Below are positions 7,256-16,472 of a stretch of DNA of 24,641 bases, in pieces. The translations under genes and the position numbers were made by a program. A model generated the notes under the pieces. The model worked only from the letters and a program-made list of their open reading frames with translations. It was not told where the DNA came from and did no database searches. Every line of letters begins with the position of its first letter. The stretch's first letter is position 1. Origin of the DNA: a virus (taxonomy: Duplodnaviria > Caudoviricetes); the IMG/VR virus record IMGVR_UViG_3300023095_000044, positions 1-24,641 of that record, one strand, 5' to 3'.

Positions 7256-7470
7256 CGTCCCCCTCCTTTGAGTAGGAACTGGATGCCGATCGACCCGGAG
7301 ATGAGCGCGAGCCCAACGAGGAGGATCGGCCAAGAGGGTTCTGCCCCGTCCTGCCGCGGGAGCACTGCTTCACGCACGATCAGGATGAGCCCGACGACGT
7401 TTGCGATGCGGAACAGCCAGACGTTCCACCAGTCCGCCTTGGGCGGCCCAGGGATCTCAGGGGTAGTCAT
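7252..7470 (-). CDS. Two-TM holin-like protein, 72 aa
   Basis: Two hydrophobic helices; first gene of the lysis cassette. Confidence 0.7.
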   Translation of the reverse strand: MTTPEIPGPPKADWWNVWLFRIANVVGLILIVREAVLPRQDGAEPSWPILLVGLALISGSIGIQFLLKGGGR

Positions 7471-7521
7471 GGCGCCCCCAGTCGGAGAGAGTTGCGGGGC
7501 ATCGGGCTTCCTCCCGGTGTA

Positions 7522-7557
7522 GTCCCGCCGGGGACCTTGCAGGGTTCCCGGCGGGGC
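7522..7557. other. 16-bp GC-rich hairpin between the virion and lysis genes
   Basis: GTCCCGCCGGGGACCT-TGCA-GGGTTCCCGGCGGGGC. Confidence 0.75.
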
Positions 7558-7566
7558 GTTGGGTGC

Positions 7567-8508
7567 TCACGTCTTCTTCGCTGCTGCGGCAACGGCCTTG
7601 TTGAAGCGGGCCATCGCCGCCGGGGGGCCAGCGAAGTCGACGCCCTGACTCTTACCGTCCTTGAACTGGCGGTAATGGAACGAGCCCGCAGCGTGCTTGC
7701 CCCCGCCCTCGGACGTCACGGTCAACCCGTACTTCTTCGCCAGGGCCAGTCCGATCCGGCGGCCGGCGTCACTGCCGAAAGAGACGTGGACGTGATCGGA
7801 GTGCCCGCCGATCGGGGCGACCTTCTGCCCGTTGTCGAGGCTGACGCCCGGGTCGTAGAACAGTTCCGCGACCTTGAACTTCCGCTGCCCGCCCGAGGTC
7901 GTCTGAGCGGGCGCAGAACCCCCGCCTGACGCCACGCGACGGGTCGTCCCGGGAGTTGTGGTCGTCTCCGTCTTCACCGCGTCAGAGAGGCCCACAGCAA
8001 GAGACGAGAGAGCCGACGGATTGCCCCGGTTGAGGAGGTACTGAGCGAGCGCGACCTTGCGCGCCGACTCGTCCGGGACCTGCCGTGACGTAGTCGTTCC
8101 CGGCGTCGTGACCGTGCGCGACCCGCCACCGCCCCCACCCGCGCCAAGCCCCTTCAGCAGCGCCTCAGCATCAGCCGACCGCTCCTGGTACTTCCCACGC
8201 AGATCCTCGCGGGGACGCTGCACCGCAGCCGCAAGCGCGCCGGCCGTCCCGTACTTGTGCTTGACCGCCGCCGTCTCCTTGTAGAAACGGTCCACGGACC
8301 TGTCGAGGTTCGCCGCATCGGGGTACAGCGACTTGCGCTCCTGCCGCCACCCAATCGAGTCTGCGTCCCCGTAGTTGAGCTGCCGCAGGTTGCTCTCCAC
8401 CAGGCCCGTCTCGACCGCTGCCTTGATCTGCTTCGGGGAAGCGTTGTTGCGGACCGCCCCGCGCTTGATCGCAGCGAGCACCCGCTTCTGTTCCGGCGTC
8501 AGTGCCAT
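7567..8508 (-). CDS. Virion-associated muralytic protein: lysozyme/transglycosylase-like N-domain plus M15-like Zn-peptidase C-domain
   Basis: TGLVESNLRQLNYGDADSIGWRQER (catalytic ES-type motif); GHSDHVHV and SFHY...GVDF Zn-ligand motifs. Confidence 0.75.
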   Translation of the reverse strand: MALTPEQKRVLAAIKRGAVRNNASPKQIKAAVETGLVESNLRQLNYGDADSIGWRQERKSLYPDAANLDRSVDRFYKETAAVKHKYGTAGALAAAVQRPREDLRGKYQERSADAEALLKGLGAGGGGGGSRTVTTPGTTTSRQVPDESARKVALAQYLLNRGNPSALSSLAVGLSDAVKTETTTTPGTTRRVASGGGSAPAQTTSGGQRKFKVAELFYDPGVSLDNGQKVAPIGGHSDHVHVSFGSDAGRRIGLALAKKYGLTVTSEGGGKHAAGSFHYRQFKDGKSQGVDFAGPPAAMARFNKAVAAAAKKT

Positions 8509-8511
8509 GCC

Positions 8512-11500
8512 CTACCCCCACGGATCGCTAGAAGACGAAGACCCACCACTGCTGCCACCCCACGGCGACGACCCACCCGAGCCGCCACTTGAGGACCCAC
8601 CCCAACCGCCGCTGCCACCGCTCGAGCGCTTCACCCGGCGCTTACCGGTCGGGGCGTCCTTCTGGCCGCCCTGCTTCTTCAGCCGGTCGATCGTGTCCGT
8701 CAACGCCTTCTGCTCATCAAGCAGCGCCTCATACTCCGGGGTGTAGAACCCGTCCCGGCCGACGGCCTTGCGCTCAAGGCGCATGTCACCGACCTTCTGC
8801 GTGAGCTTCTTCTGCTCCTTGTAGAGCCCCGTCAGCTTCGTGCCGATCTCGTCGACCTTGTCGATCTTGATGCCGGAAACCGTCGAGACCGTCTTGAGCG
8901 TCCCCGTCGTTCCCCGCGGGTTCGTGCCCGGGGTGCTGATCGAGTTGGCCTGCCCAAGCGGACCGATTAGGGCCTGACGTGCCAGGTAGTTCGTCTTGCC
9001 CGGCCACGCCGGCACACGGGCACCGTTGCGATCCGTGATCGTCGTGACCCCGAGCTTCTCCCGGATCGCCTCCGGCAGCTTCGCCGCCCAGATCGGGGCA
9101 GGAACCAGCGTCCGGTTCGGCGGCTCGATGTCCGTCCGGCTGAACGTGTTCTTCCCCGTCTGAAGCTCCACCATCGCCTTGACCAGCGGAGTGATCTGCG
9201 ACGTCGCGAATTGCCCAAGCTCCTTCGCGTACGCCCCAGCATTCAGAGACGTCGGCAGCTCATTGAGCGCGGACGGCATCGGCAGCCCCGCGCTAATCAG
9301 CAGGGCCTTGCCCGCCGGGATCGCGGCCATGCGCTGCTGAAATTCCTGCTGCGTCAGCTCATACCCGTCCGCCAGCCCGAGAGCGTTCGCGCCCTCCTCA
9401 CGGATCTTCTGGTACTGCGCGAACTTGCCCGGGTTCGTGAACAGCTTCTCCGCGTGCAGCGGGATCGACCGGGCGCTGAACGTGTAGAACGGCATGAGCC
9501 GGCGAGCCTGCCGCTCGAAGTCCGTCAGGTCCCCGTAGTCGATGTGGGTGCGACGGCTGATGCGGGCAGCCTTCGCGGCGTCCCTGCCCTCGTCGAGCCC
9601 GTGCTTGAACGTGCTCACGCGCATCAGGTTCTCGCGTGCCTGCAACGTGTTCTGGATCGCGCCGCTGCCACGCCGCACCTTCTTCACCGCGCCCGTCGGG
9701 TCACGGCCCACCAGGTCGTTGAGCTCGCGGCCGATGAACCCGGTCTGCGTGGCGGCGTTGTCCTGCGACGCCTTCAACACCTGCTCCACCGGGACACGCT
9801 TCCCGCCGACCTTCACGGTCTTCCCGGACGCGCGCGGAAACTCAAGGCGATCCACCTGCTTGCCCTGCCTGCGCTGGGAACGGAGCACCTTCACGGCCTG
9901 CCCACTGTTCACCGCGAGGCGATGCCCGGGCTGTGAGAGGTAGGCGAGCTGCGTGTCACCGATGGCATTGCGGATGTGGAACGCCGGGGTCAGGGTCGCC
10001 AGGCGCTTGAAGCCACGGTTCCCCTGGTTGAAAGCACGGCCGATCGCCGTTGCTTCCTTGATCGGGGCCAGTGACGCAAGCTCACGCTCCGCGAGGTTCT
10101 TGTTGATCGCGAAATAGCGGGCGCCCTCAATGCGGGAGTCGCCGGCCTTGACGGTCTTGATGTCCGAGCCCTTGATCGCGTACAGGGCCTCGTCGTTCCT
10201 CAGGACGATGTTGTCCTCGAACTTGACCGGGCGGCCGACCTTCGCGAGCTCCCGGTTGAACTGGGCTCGAGCGGCAGCGTTACCGGTCTGCGAGATGTGG
10301 TTCGCCAGGACGAGCGGGAGATCCTCACTGAACTTGCCGGGGGTCTCCTTGTTGATCGCGCTGATCGGCCGGCGGTCCGCGCGCTTCTGGGCCGCGCCCA
10401 GCTTGATCGTCCGGCGCCCAACCCCCGCGACCTTCGCCGCCTCGTCAACGCCCTTGCCAGCGGTCAGGGCCTCATCGAGAGCGTGCGGGAAGTAGCCCCG
10501 TGCGTCGCCGGGCTGACGTCCCTTCTCCACGTTGCGGACCGCGACACCGGCACGGGTAGCCGTACGACGCTGACCACGAAGCTCGGAACGGATGCGGATC
10601 GCGGGCTGCCGCAGATGCTCCGGGAGCGAGCCGATCTTCTTCCGCTCGATCGCGTCGATGACCCGTGCCTGGTCAGCCTTCGCCGGCACATGCTTCTGCA
10701 CGGCGCGAGCAAACCTCTGCGCCGCCTCGGTGGCCGCGGCGCTCTTGCCACGTGCCGCAGCCGCAGCGTCATGGACCCGGGCGAACTCGCTGGCGTTCAT
10801 CCCAGCCGGGGTCAGCGTCGGGCGAACGTCCCGGACCAGGTTCTTGCTGCCGGGGCCAACCGCCCGACCGGCGTTCACGACGGCGTCGCGCTTGCCCTTC
10901 ACGTACGGCTTAGCCCGGGTCGGCGTGACAGCCGAGCCAGCGCGATTGATCGTGCGGCCCGTCGCGTCAGTCGAAACGCGGACAGCGCGACGCGACCCAC
11001 GAGCAGCAGCCGCCGTTCCACGTCGGACACCAGGAGCCTCCCTGCCAGCGAACCGGACCGTCAGTCCCTTGCCTTCCGGGGCTGCCTTCAGCGCACGCTC
11101 ACCAGCCAGACGCCCCAACCGCTCCGCGGCCTCCTTGGACAGCCCCGCCTTGAACGCCTTCTCCTGCACACGCTTCGCCTCAGCGACCGCGGCCTTCTTC
11201 GCCAACGTCCCCGTCCCGAACGTTAGGTACGTCGTCGGGTCAGCCAGCACATCAAGACCGAACCCGCCCACGGTCTGCACGACCTTCGGGGCACCAGCCG
11301 TCTTCAGCACGTCACTGAACAGCTTCTTGTCCTGGTTGCGGATACCACGCAGCGCGGCCTTCGGGACGTTCTCGCCCTTCAAGGCAGCGTCCGCAGCGCC
11401 GGCCGTCGCATGCACCGGACGGGTGAGCTGCTCAAGCACCTTCAAGCTGCCCGCAGCCATGTCCGCCTTGACAACGTCGATGCCCTTGCCGCGTGCGACG

Positions 11501-12015
11501 GGCTGACCATCGAGGAGGAACTTCCGGACCTCCGCGTCGGACCGGGGCTGGTCGAACCCGTCCTGGTGCTTGAACGTCTCGCGCTTGTCCCGCTTCTCGA
11601 GCGACCGGCGCACCGAGTCCTTCCCCAAGATCCCGGAGCCCGTGCGCTCAACATTCGCCGCCCGCGCGTCCTGGTAGGCGTCCAGGTACGCCTTCGACTG
11701 CTTGAAGCGTTCGACGATCAGGTCCGCGTCCGGGCGCTCACTCGCCCGCTCAGACCGCGCCGACGCACGAACAGCGCTCGCCTGCGTCTCCTTCACCGCC
11801 GCACGGGCACGCCTAACACTCGGGGCCTTCGCCACCGGGCCAGCCTTCGCAGCACGCACCACCCGACGCGTGACCACGACATCAGCCTTCGTCTTCGGGA
11901 CCGCCTTGACGTTCCGCTGGATCTCCTTGAACGCCGCACGGTTCTCAGCCGCCGTCGGGGCACGCTTCACGCGCCGCACCTTCTGAGCCCGGTCAACCCG
12001 GTCCGAGTTCGGCAT
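8512..12015 (-). CDS. Large internal virion/DNA-ejection protein, 1167 aa
   Basis: Position after the tail genes; GLDVLADPTTY, PAFHIRNAIGD, IDYGDLTDFER..RRLMPFYTF motifs resemble podovirus large ejection proteins. Confidence 0.7.
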   Translation of the reverse strand: MPNSDRVDRAQKVRRVKRAPTAAENRAAFKEIQRNVKAVPKTKADVVVTRRVVRAAKAGPVAKAPSVRRARAAVKETQASAVRASARSERASERPDADLIVERFKQSKAYLDAYQDARAANVERTGSGILGKDSVRRSLEKRDKRETFKHQDGFDQPRSDAEVRKFLLDGQPVARGKGIDVVKADMAAGSLKVLEQLTRPVHATAGAADAALKGENVPKAALRGIRNQDKKLFSDVLKTAGAPKVVQTVGGFGLDVLADPTTYLTFGTGTLAKKAAVAEAKRVQEKAFKAGLSKEAAERLGRLAGERALKAAPEGKGLTVRFAGREAPGVRRGTAAAARGSRRAVRVSTDATGRTINRAGSAVTPTRAKPYVKGKRDAVVNAGRAVGPGSKNLVRDVRPTLTPAGMNASEFARVHDAAAAARGKSAAATEAAQRFARAVQKHVPAKADQARVIDAIERKKIGSLPEHLRQPAIRIRSELRGQRRTATRAGVAVRNVEKGRQPGDARGYFPHALDEALTAGKGVDEAAKVAGVGRRTIKLGAAQKRADRRPISAINKETPGKFSEDLPLVLANHISQTGNAAARAQFNRELAKVGRPVKFEDNIVLRNDEALYAIKGSDIKTVKAGDSRIEGARYFAINKNLAERELASLAPIKEATAIGRAFNQGNRGFKRLATLTPAFHIRNAIGDTQLAYLSQPGHRLAVNSGQAVKVLRSQRRQGKQVDRLEFPRASGKTVKVGGKRVPVEQVLKASQDNAATQTGFIGRELNDLVGRDPTGAVKKVRRGSGAIQNTLQARENLMRVSTFKHGLDEGRDAAKAARISRRTHIDYGDLTDFERQARRLMPFYTFSARSIPLHAEKLFTNPGKFAQYQKIREEGANALGLADGYELTQQEFQQRMAAIPAGKALLISAGLPMPSALNELPTSLNAGAYAKELGQFATSQITPLVKAMVELQTGKNTFSRTDIEPPNRTLVPAPIWAAKLPEAIREKLGVTTITDRNGARVPAWPGKTNYLARQALIGPLGQANSISTPGTNPRGTTGTLKTVSTVSGIKIDKVDEIGTKLTGLYKEQKKLTQKVGDMRLERKAVGRDGFYTPEYEALLDEQKALTDTIDRLKKQGGQKDAPTGKRRVKRSSGGSGGWGGSSSGGSGGSSPWGGSSGGSSSSSDPWG

Positions 12016-13271
12016 CAGCCCACGTCCAGAACGCTGTTGGCCGCAGCGATCGCGCGAGCCTTCTCCGCGCTGATCTGCTTGAAGTTCCCGCGGATCTGCA
12101 CACCGATGTCATGCAGGCGCTTCACCGTCGCGGGAGTCACCGCGTCGTACGCCTTGATGTCCATCGCTGCGCGCACCAGCGTCCGGTTCACCTCAGGCGA
12201 ATACGGTCCGGACGCGACAAGCTGGTCCGGCGTCTGCTTCGCCAGAGCGGCAGCGAGCTTCGGGACCGTGCCCGCGTACTTCGCTGCCTGGACCGGCGTC
12301 AGCGACCCAAGCCCAGTTGACGGCTTGACCTTCACCGGCTTCTTGGCCTTCGGGTCCTTCGGGAGCGCCGTGTTCTTCTTGAAGTCCTTGATGGCCGCCT
12401 GCCGCTGAGCCGGGGTCATCTTCCCCCAGTCAGCGTTCGAGTAGCCGTACTGGTTCGGGGCCGCGGCCTTCTCCTTCGCCGCTGTCTTCGTCGAAGCGAC
12501 CTTCGCCTTTGCCGCGGTGACCTGCGCGGTCGCAGTCGTCTTCTTGATGCCCAGCGTTTCCTTGGTGATGAAGTCCTCGAGCGCCTGCTTCTTGGCGTCG
12601 TCAGCGAGCTTGTCCCGGTAGTCGACACGGAACGCGCCCTTCTCCTTCGCGAGTTCCGCAGCCTGCCGCTCAAGATCCGACGACTTCGCAGCCGAAGACT
12701 GAAGCGCCGAGACCCTTAGTCCTTCGCCCGCAACGCCCTTCTGCCGGTCCACAGTGCCCTGCTGCAACGCCTGGAACGCCTGCAATGCCTGCGAGCTCGC
12801 AAGATTCCCGCCACGCACAGCGGACCCCTCAAGCATCCGGGCACCCACGTTCGGGTCCACACTCGCGCCACGCGCCTGAGCATCCGCCTGCATCTGCGCC
12901 TGGATCTGCGCCTGCCCCGCACGATCATTCGCGCCCACCGATGCACCAAGCGCCGTCAAGTTCGCCTGACCGGCCTGAGCCGCCGCCTGGTTCTGCTGCG
13001 TCGCCTGAGCCACCTGCTGCTTGTACGTGTCGTACCAGCCAGCCACGTCCTGCGAACGCTGCGCCTGAGCGCGCTGCGAGACCGTGAGCTGCTCCTCAGC
13101 CGGCGCGTACTTCTGCGTCGCCGCAGAAGCAGCCGCAGTCGCGAACGGATCAACAGGCTTCCCCACAACGATGACACGCTGCTTGCGGCCCGTGCCCTTC
13201 CCGTAAGAGCCCTTCTTGAAGGTGCGCCGGACGGTCCCGTCGGCCTGCTTCACATCGGTGTAGTCAGCCAT
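12015..13271 (-). CDS. Internal virion/ejection protein, 418 aa
   Basis: Start ATG 13271 (TGATG overlap); Ala/Gln-rich coiled coil. Confidence 0.7.
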   Translation of the reverse strand: MADYTDVKQADGTVRRTFKKGSYGKGTGRKQRVIVVGKPVDPFATAAASAATQKYAPAEEQLTVSQRAQAQRSQDVAGWYDTYKQQVAQATQQNQAAAQAGQANLTALGASVGANDRAGQAQIQAQMQADAQARGASVDPNVGARMLEGSAVRGGNLASSQALQAFQALQQGTVDRQKGVAGEGLRVSALQSSAAKSSDLERQAAELAKEKGAFRVDYRDKLADDAKKQALEDFITKETLGIKKTTATAQVTAAKAKVASTKTAAKEKAAAPNQYGYSNADWGKMTPAQRQAAIKDFKKNTALPKDPKAKKPVKVKPSTGLGSLTPVQAAKYAGTVPKLAAALAKQTPDQLVASGPYSPEVNRTLVRAAMDIKAYDAVTPATVKRLHDIGVQIRGNFKQISAEKARAIAAANSVLDVG

Positions 13272-14068
13272 CAGGGCTTCCCCTTCTTCTTGGATGCGGC
13301 CTTCTTCTCGGCAGCCACCTGAGCAGCCACCTGGGCAGCCAGCGACGCCTTCCACTCAGCCGCGAAATCACGGTTCTGCAACGGGCCAGACCCAGGCACC
13401 GGCAACGGATTCCCGGCCGGCGTACGCGGCCCCGAATCCACCGGGGCACGCTCCGCTGCCGCCCGGATCGCCTCAGCACGCGCAGCCGCCGCAGCATTCG
13501 ACGCATCCGTCTGAGCCTGCGTCTTCGCGCCCTCAGTCCGCACCAAGAAATCCAGAAGCTGCTGACGGTTCGCGTTGTCGTTCTCCCCGAACACGCGCGT
13601 GTTCTCGTTCTGCGCGTTCTGCAACGACCCCGAGTACAACTGCCCACGGGCCGCCATCGAGTTCGTAGCCCCAGCCTTCGACTGGTCATACGCCCGCTGG
13701 ATCGCTGACGCCCTCGAGTACGGGTTCGACGGATCGACCGTGAACGACTGCGTCGCCAGATTCACGTTGTAGCCCGCGTCACGCTGCGCCCGCTGCGCCG
13801 CCTGATCCAGCCCGGCCACCGTGTTCGCGAGATTCGCCTGCGCGCCCTGCGCCGCCGAATCCACACCCACCTGAAGATCGATCGGCAGCACCCCCACGGG
13901 GGAAACAGGTGGCGTATACGGGGACGCCGCCGGGACAGCAGCCTTCGGAGCAGCCGGGGCCTTCGGGACCTTCGCCTTCGCCACCGCGAGCGCCGACGCG
14001 GACGCGGCCTGAGCACGCTTCTGCTGCGCCTGGAACGCAGCCAACGCAGCCTTCTGACTAGATGCCAT
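13271..14068 (-). CDS. Internal virion/ejection protein, 265 aa
   Basis: Ala/Gln-rich; MAARGQLYSG resembles the A.RG...SG motif of small podovirus injection proteins. Confidence 0.7.
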   Translation of the reverse strand: MASSQKAALAAFQAQQKRAQAASASALAVAKAKVPKAPAAPKAAVPAASPYTPPVSPVGVLPIDLQVGVDSAAQGAQANLANTVAGLDQAAQRAQRDAGYNVNLATQSFTVDPSNPYSRASAIQRAYDQSKAGATNSMAARGQLYSGSLQNAQNENTRVFGENDNANRQQLLDFLVRTEGAKTQAQTDASNAAAAARAEAIRAAAERAPVDSGPRTPAGNPLPVPGSGPLQNRDFAAEWKASLAAQVAAQVAAEKKAASKKKGKP

Positions 14069-14077
14069 GCAAACCCC

Positions 14078-14413
14078 CTAGAAGACCGCGATGTAGTAGA
14101 CGCCCACGGCGCCCGTAGTGGCACCACCAGTCAGCGTCTCGCTGAAGAACGACAGGACCGAGGACGACCCGGAGGAGTGCGCGACATGACCACCGTTGCC
14201 GACAGTCGCCACGACACTGACCGGCGCCCGGCCGAACCCATGCGCGACCGTCACCGTCGGCGTCAGCGACGAAGCCGAATAGGCGGGGAACACGACGCCG
14301 GCCATGATGCGCGACTGCTGCTGTTCGGTAGCGAGCGCGTCGAAGTTGCGCTGCACGCTCTCCCCAACAAGACGACCTTGTTCGTCAAGGACGTAGGGGT
14401 CTGGGAGGCTCAC
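14078..14413 (-). CDS. Small tail protein with H-type lectin/gp53-like C-terminus, 111 aa
   Basis: GTGA overlap; VQRNFDAL and TVAHGFGRAP motifs; follows the nozzle gene. Confidence 0.7.
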   Translation of the reverse strand: MSLPDPYVLDEQGRLVGESVQRNFDALATEQQQSRIMAGVVFPAYSASSLTPTVTVAHGFGRAPVSVVATVGNGGHVAHSSGSSSVLSFFSETLTGGATTGAVGVYYIAVF

Positions 14414-15882
14414 CGGGACTCAACCCCCGTCGGCCGCTGCGACCTGAGATGCAGCGTCAGCCGGCTCACGGACCAGGCGCCACTCGACGCGCTGATCTGC
14501 ACACGGAAGTTGCGGGCGCGCACAGCCGTCCTGCCACGCCCCTGAGCCACCGCCGGGGCCGTCCCAAGGGTCACGGTGTCCCCCGCCGGGTTCGCGGCCC
14601 AGTCGCCACCCAAGCCAACCTCCACCACCCCGGAGCCATCAACGAGAACCTCACGCACGACCTTCTGCGCCGCAGACCCAAGATCACTGACGCCCATCCG
14701 ATACCGCGAAGGCATCGGAACACCGTTGTCTTCAGCCGCCGCCCCGTACAAGCTCATGTGCAACGACGTTGCATCGCCGAAGAAGAACGTGTTCCGGATC
14801 GGGAACGCCTGCGGCCACCCGACGACGGGAGCACCAGAAATGGCCGGGCCTAGTTCGTAGTAGGTCCAAGACTCGTTGCGTTCGTTGAATACGAAGTGGC
14901 CGGCCCGCTCGTCCTCCCCATACACGATGACCTGATGGAAAACCCGGTCGCCAACGGTCCCGAGGTGTCCCGGCTGAACGAACCCCGAATAGTCGATGAC
15001 GCTGGACACCTTCGTAGGGGTGCCACCGGTCGTCCTGTAGATGCCATCGGTCGTCGTGAAGTAGACGCCGCTCGCAGTGGAGGCCACGCACCGGTACGCG
15101 GAAATCTGCGGGCTGATGTTCGCCGGGAGCGAAATCTCCCGGTAGTTGAAGACCGGCTGCCCCGTCGAATCGGTGGACTCGCCGTAGAACACGAACGCCC
15201 GTGACCTCTTGAACACGAACAGCAACTCGCGCCACGTGATGATCCCCGTGATGTCCTCGCCGTCGTTGGGGCGAAGGTGTACGTAGTTGTTCGGGCTGAA
15301 GGTCTCAGGTGCCCCGGCATCGCTGAAGTACACGGTTGACGTCGTTCCGTTCGCACCCACCGGGACGTCCGCAGCGTCATAGAACCAGCCTTGAACCAAC
15401 CGATTGGACTGCGGCGTTGCCGCGATGTAGCCGGGGCTGCCGACAGAAGGGCCAACACCGACACCATCGGTTCTCTGCAAAGGCGTGCCGCCCCACGCAA
15501 CGAAAGCGAAGCTCGCTGTCGGGATGCCGAACGTCACGATCTGCGGCGCGGTGTAGCCGGCCCCAACACCACCGCTCGGCCAGGCCCCAAGGAATGTCTT
15601 GGTTCCCGTCACGCCGACCGCAGTCAGTTGGTAGTCGCTGCCGACCTGCCCAGTCGCAAGCATCACGTGTGAGCTGTTGAAGACCGCTGGTGCAAACGCT
15701 CGAGGCTGCCAGCCGAAGCCAGTCGCCAACGCGGAACTGCCCGCGCGCGTCCGCACGTAAGAGAGATCGTCGGCGAGCTCGACGTTCAGCATGTCGGTCG
15801 CTCCGTTCACCCCCACGTCCTCAGGGTCGGACGAGAGCCGCAGCCCACCGAACTTCTCGACAGTGACCGGGGACAGAGGCAC
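14410..15882 (-). CDS. Tail nozzle/DNA-stabilisation protein (P22 gp10 / T7 tubular B-like), 490 aa
   Basis: FGGL N-terminus, VYFSD..PETF, DGEDITGI...LFVFK beta-propeller-like repeats; gene order. Confidence 0.8.
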   Translation of the reverse strand: MPLSPVTVEKFGGLRLSSDPEDVGVNGATDMLNVELADDLSYVRTRAGSSALATGFGWQPRAFAPAVFNSSHVMLATGQVGSDYQLTAVGVTGTKTFLGAWPSGGVGAGYTAPQIVTFGIPTASFAFVAWGGTPLQRTDGVGVGPSVGSPGYIAATPQSNRLVQGWFYDAADVPVGANGTTSTVYFSDAGAPETFSPNNYVHLRPNDGEDITGIITWRELLFVFKRSRAFVFYGESTDSTGQPVFNYREISLPANISPQISAYRCVASTASGVYFTTTDGIYRTTGGTPTKVSSVIDYSGFVQPGHLGTVGDRVFHQVIVYGEDERAGHFVFNERNESWTYYELGPAISGAPVVGWPQAFPIRNTFFFGDATSLHMSLYGAAAEDNGVPMPSRYRMGVSDLGSAAQKVVREVLVDGSGVVEVGLGGDWAANPAGDTVTLGTAPAVAQGRGRTAVRARNFRVQISASSGAWSVSRLTLHLRSQRPTGVESR

Positions 15883-16472
15883 TAGGAATCCCCGTGGTCA
15901 GCGGTCATCAACATCGACTGGTTGCCGTCGCGATGCCACAACAGCACCCGCTCACGCATGGTCTGCACCCCGCGCTGCCACTCAGCGTCGAACGTCTGAT
16001 AGTCCGGGCCATCGGACTCCTCAAGCGCCGCACGCCGCAGAGCACCCAGCACGATGAGCTCGTGGAAGCGAGCGGGCGGCAACGGCTCATCCGAGTCGTC
16101 CGTCATGTCGTCCGGGACCCGGGAGTACCGCACCCGGATCTCGTCCGTCGTCAACGGGTACGTCCCGATCCCCGTCGTCGTCGGGAAGTAGAAAGTGGGC
16201 GCCCCCTGAACCGTCAGGTCCGAGTAGTCGTCCTCAAGCTGGATCTGATCGGCCGGCGCAAGCTGAATGGTTCCGCACGACACGCCCAGCACGACACCGA
16301 GGTCCGAGATCGCCAGCGGGGGCACGCCCGTCTCCGCTGCCTGAAGGAACGGCCAATCCTCCTGGTCGCACAGCTCCGCGTGAGCCTGGTTGACCCACCG
16401 GCCAACCCGGGCAGCGTCCTGGAAGTTGAAGCCGCGAGCGAGCACCTCGCTCTTGAGAACCCCGAAGTTCAC
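15882..16472 (-). CDS. Head-tail adaptor (P22 gp4 / tubular A-like), 196 aa
   Basis: WVNQAHAELC...WPFL, G.PTFY, D.PLPPARFHELIVLGA; gene order. Confidence 0.8.
   Translation of the reverse strand: MNFGVLKSEVLARGFNFQDAARVGRWVNQAHAELCDQEDWPFLQAAETGVPPLAISDLGVVLGVSCGTIQLAPADQIQLEDDYSDLTVQGAPTFYFPTTTGIGTYPLTTDEIRVRYSRVPDDMTDDSDEPLPPARFHELIVLGALRRAALEESDGPDYQTFDAEWQRGVQTMRERVLLWHRDGNQSMLMTADHGDS

Noticed and set aside
7495-7562. HDV-like (theta) ribozyme, suggested by the GGG-CTTCCT-CCC loop plus a long hairpin
   Set aside because: No convincing P1 or P1.1 pairing and no GCNAA-type J4/2 catalytic strand
8512-12015. Tape measure protein or virion RNA polymerase
   Set aside because: No tail tube or chaperone genes and no periodic aromatic repeats; no polymerase catalytic motifs recognised
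13311-13341. 12-nt tandem repeat GCAGCCACCTG(A/G)
   Set aside because: Simply encodes AAQV-AAQV in a low-complexity protein tail
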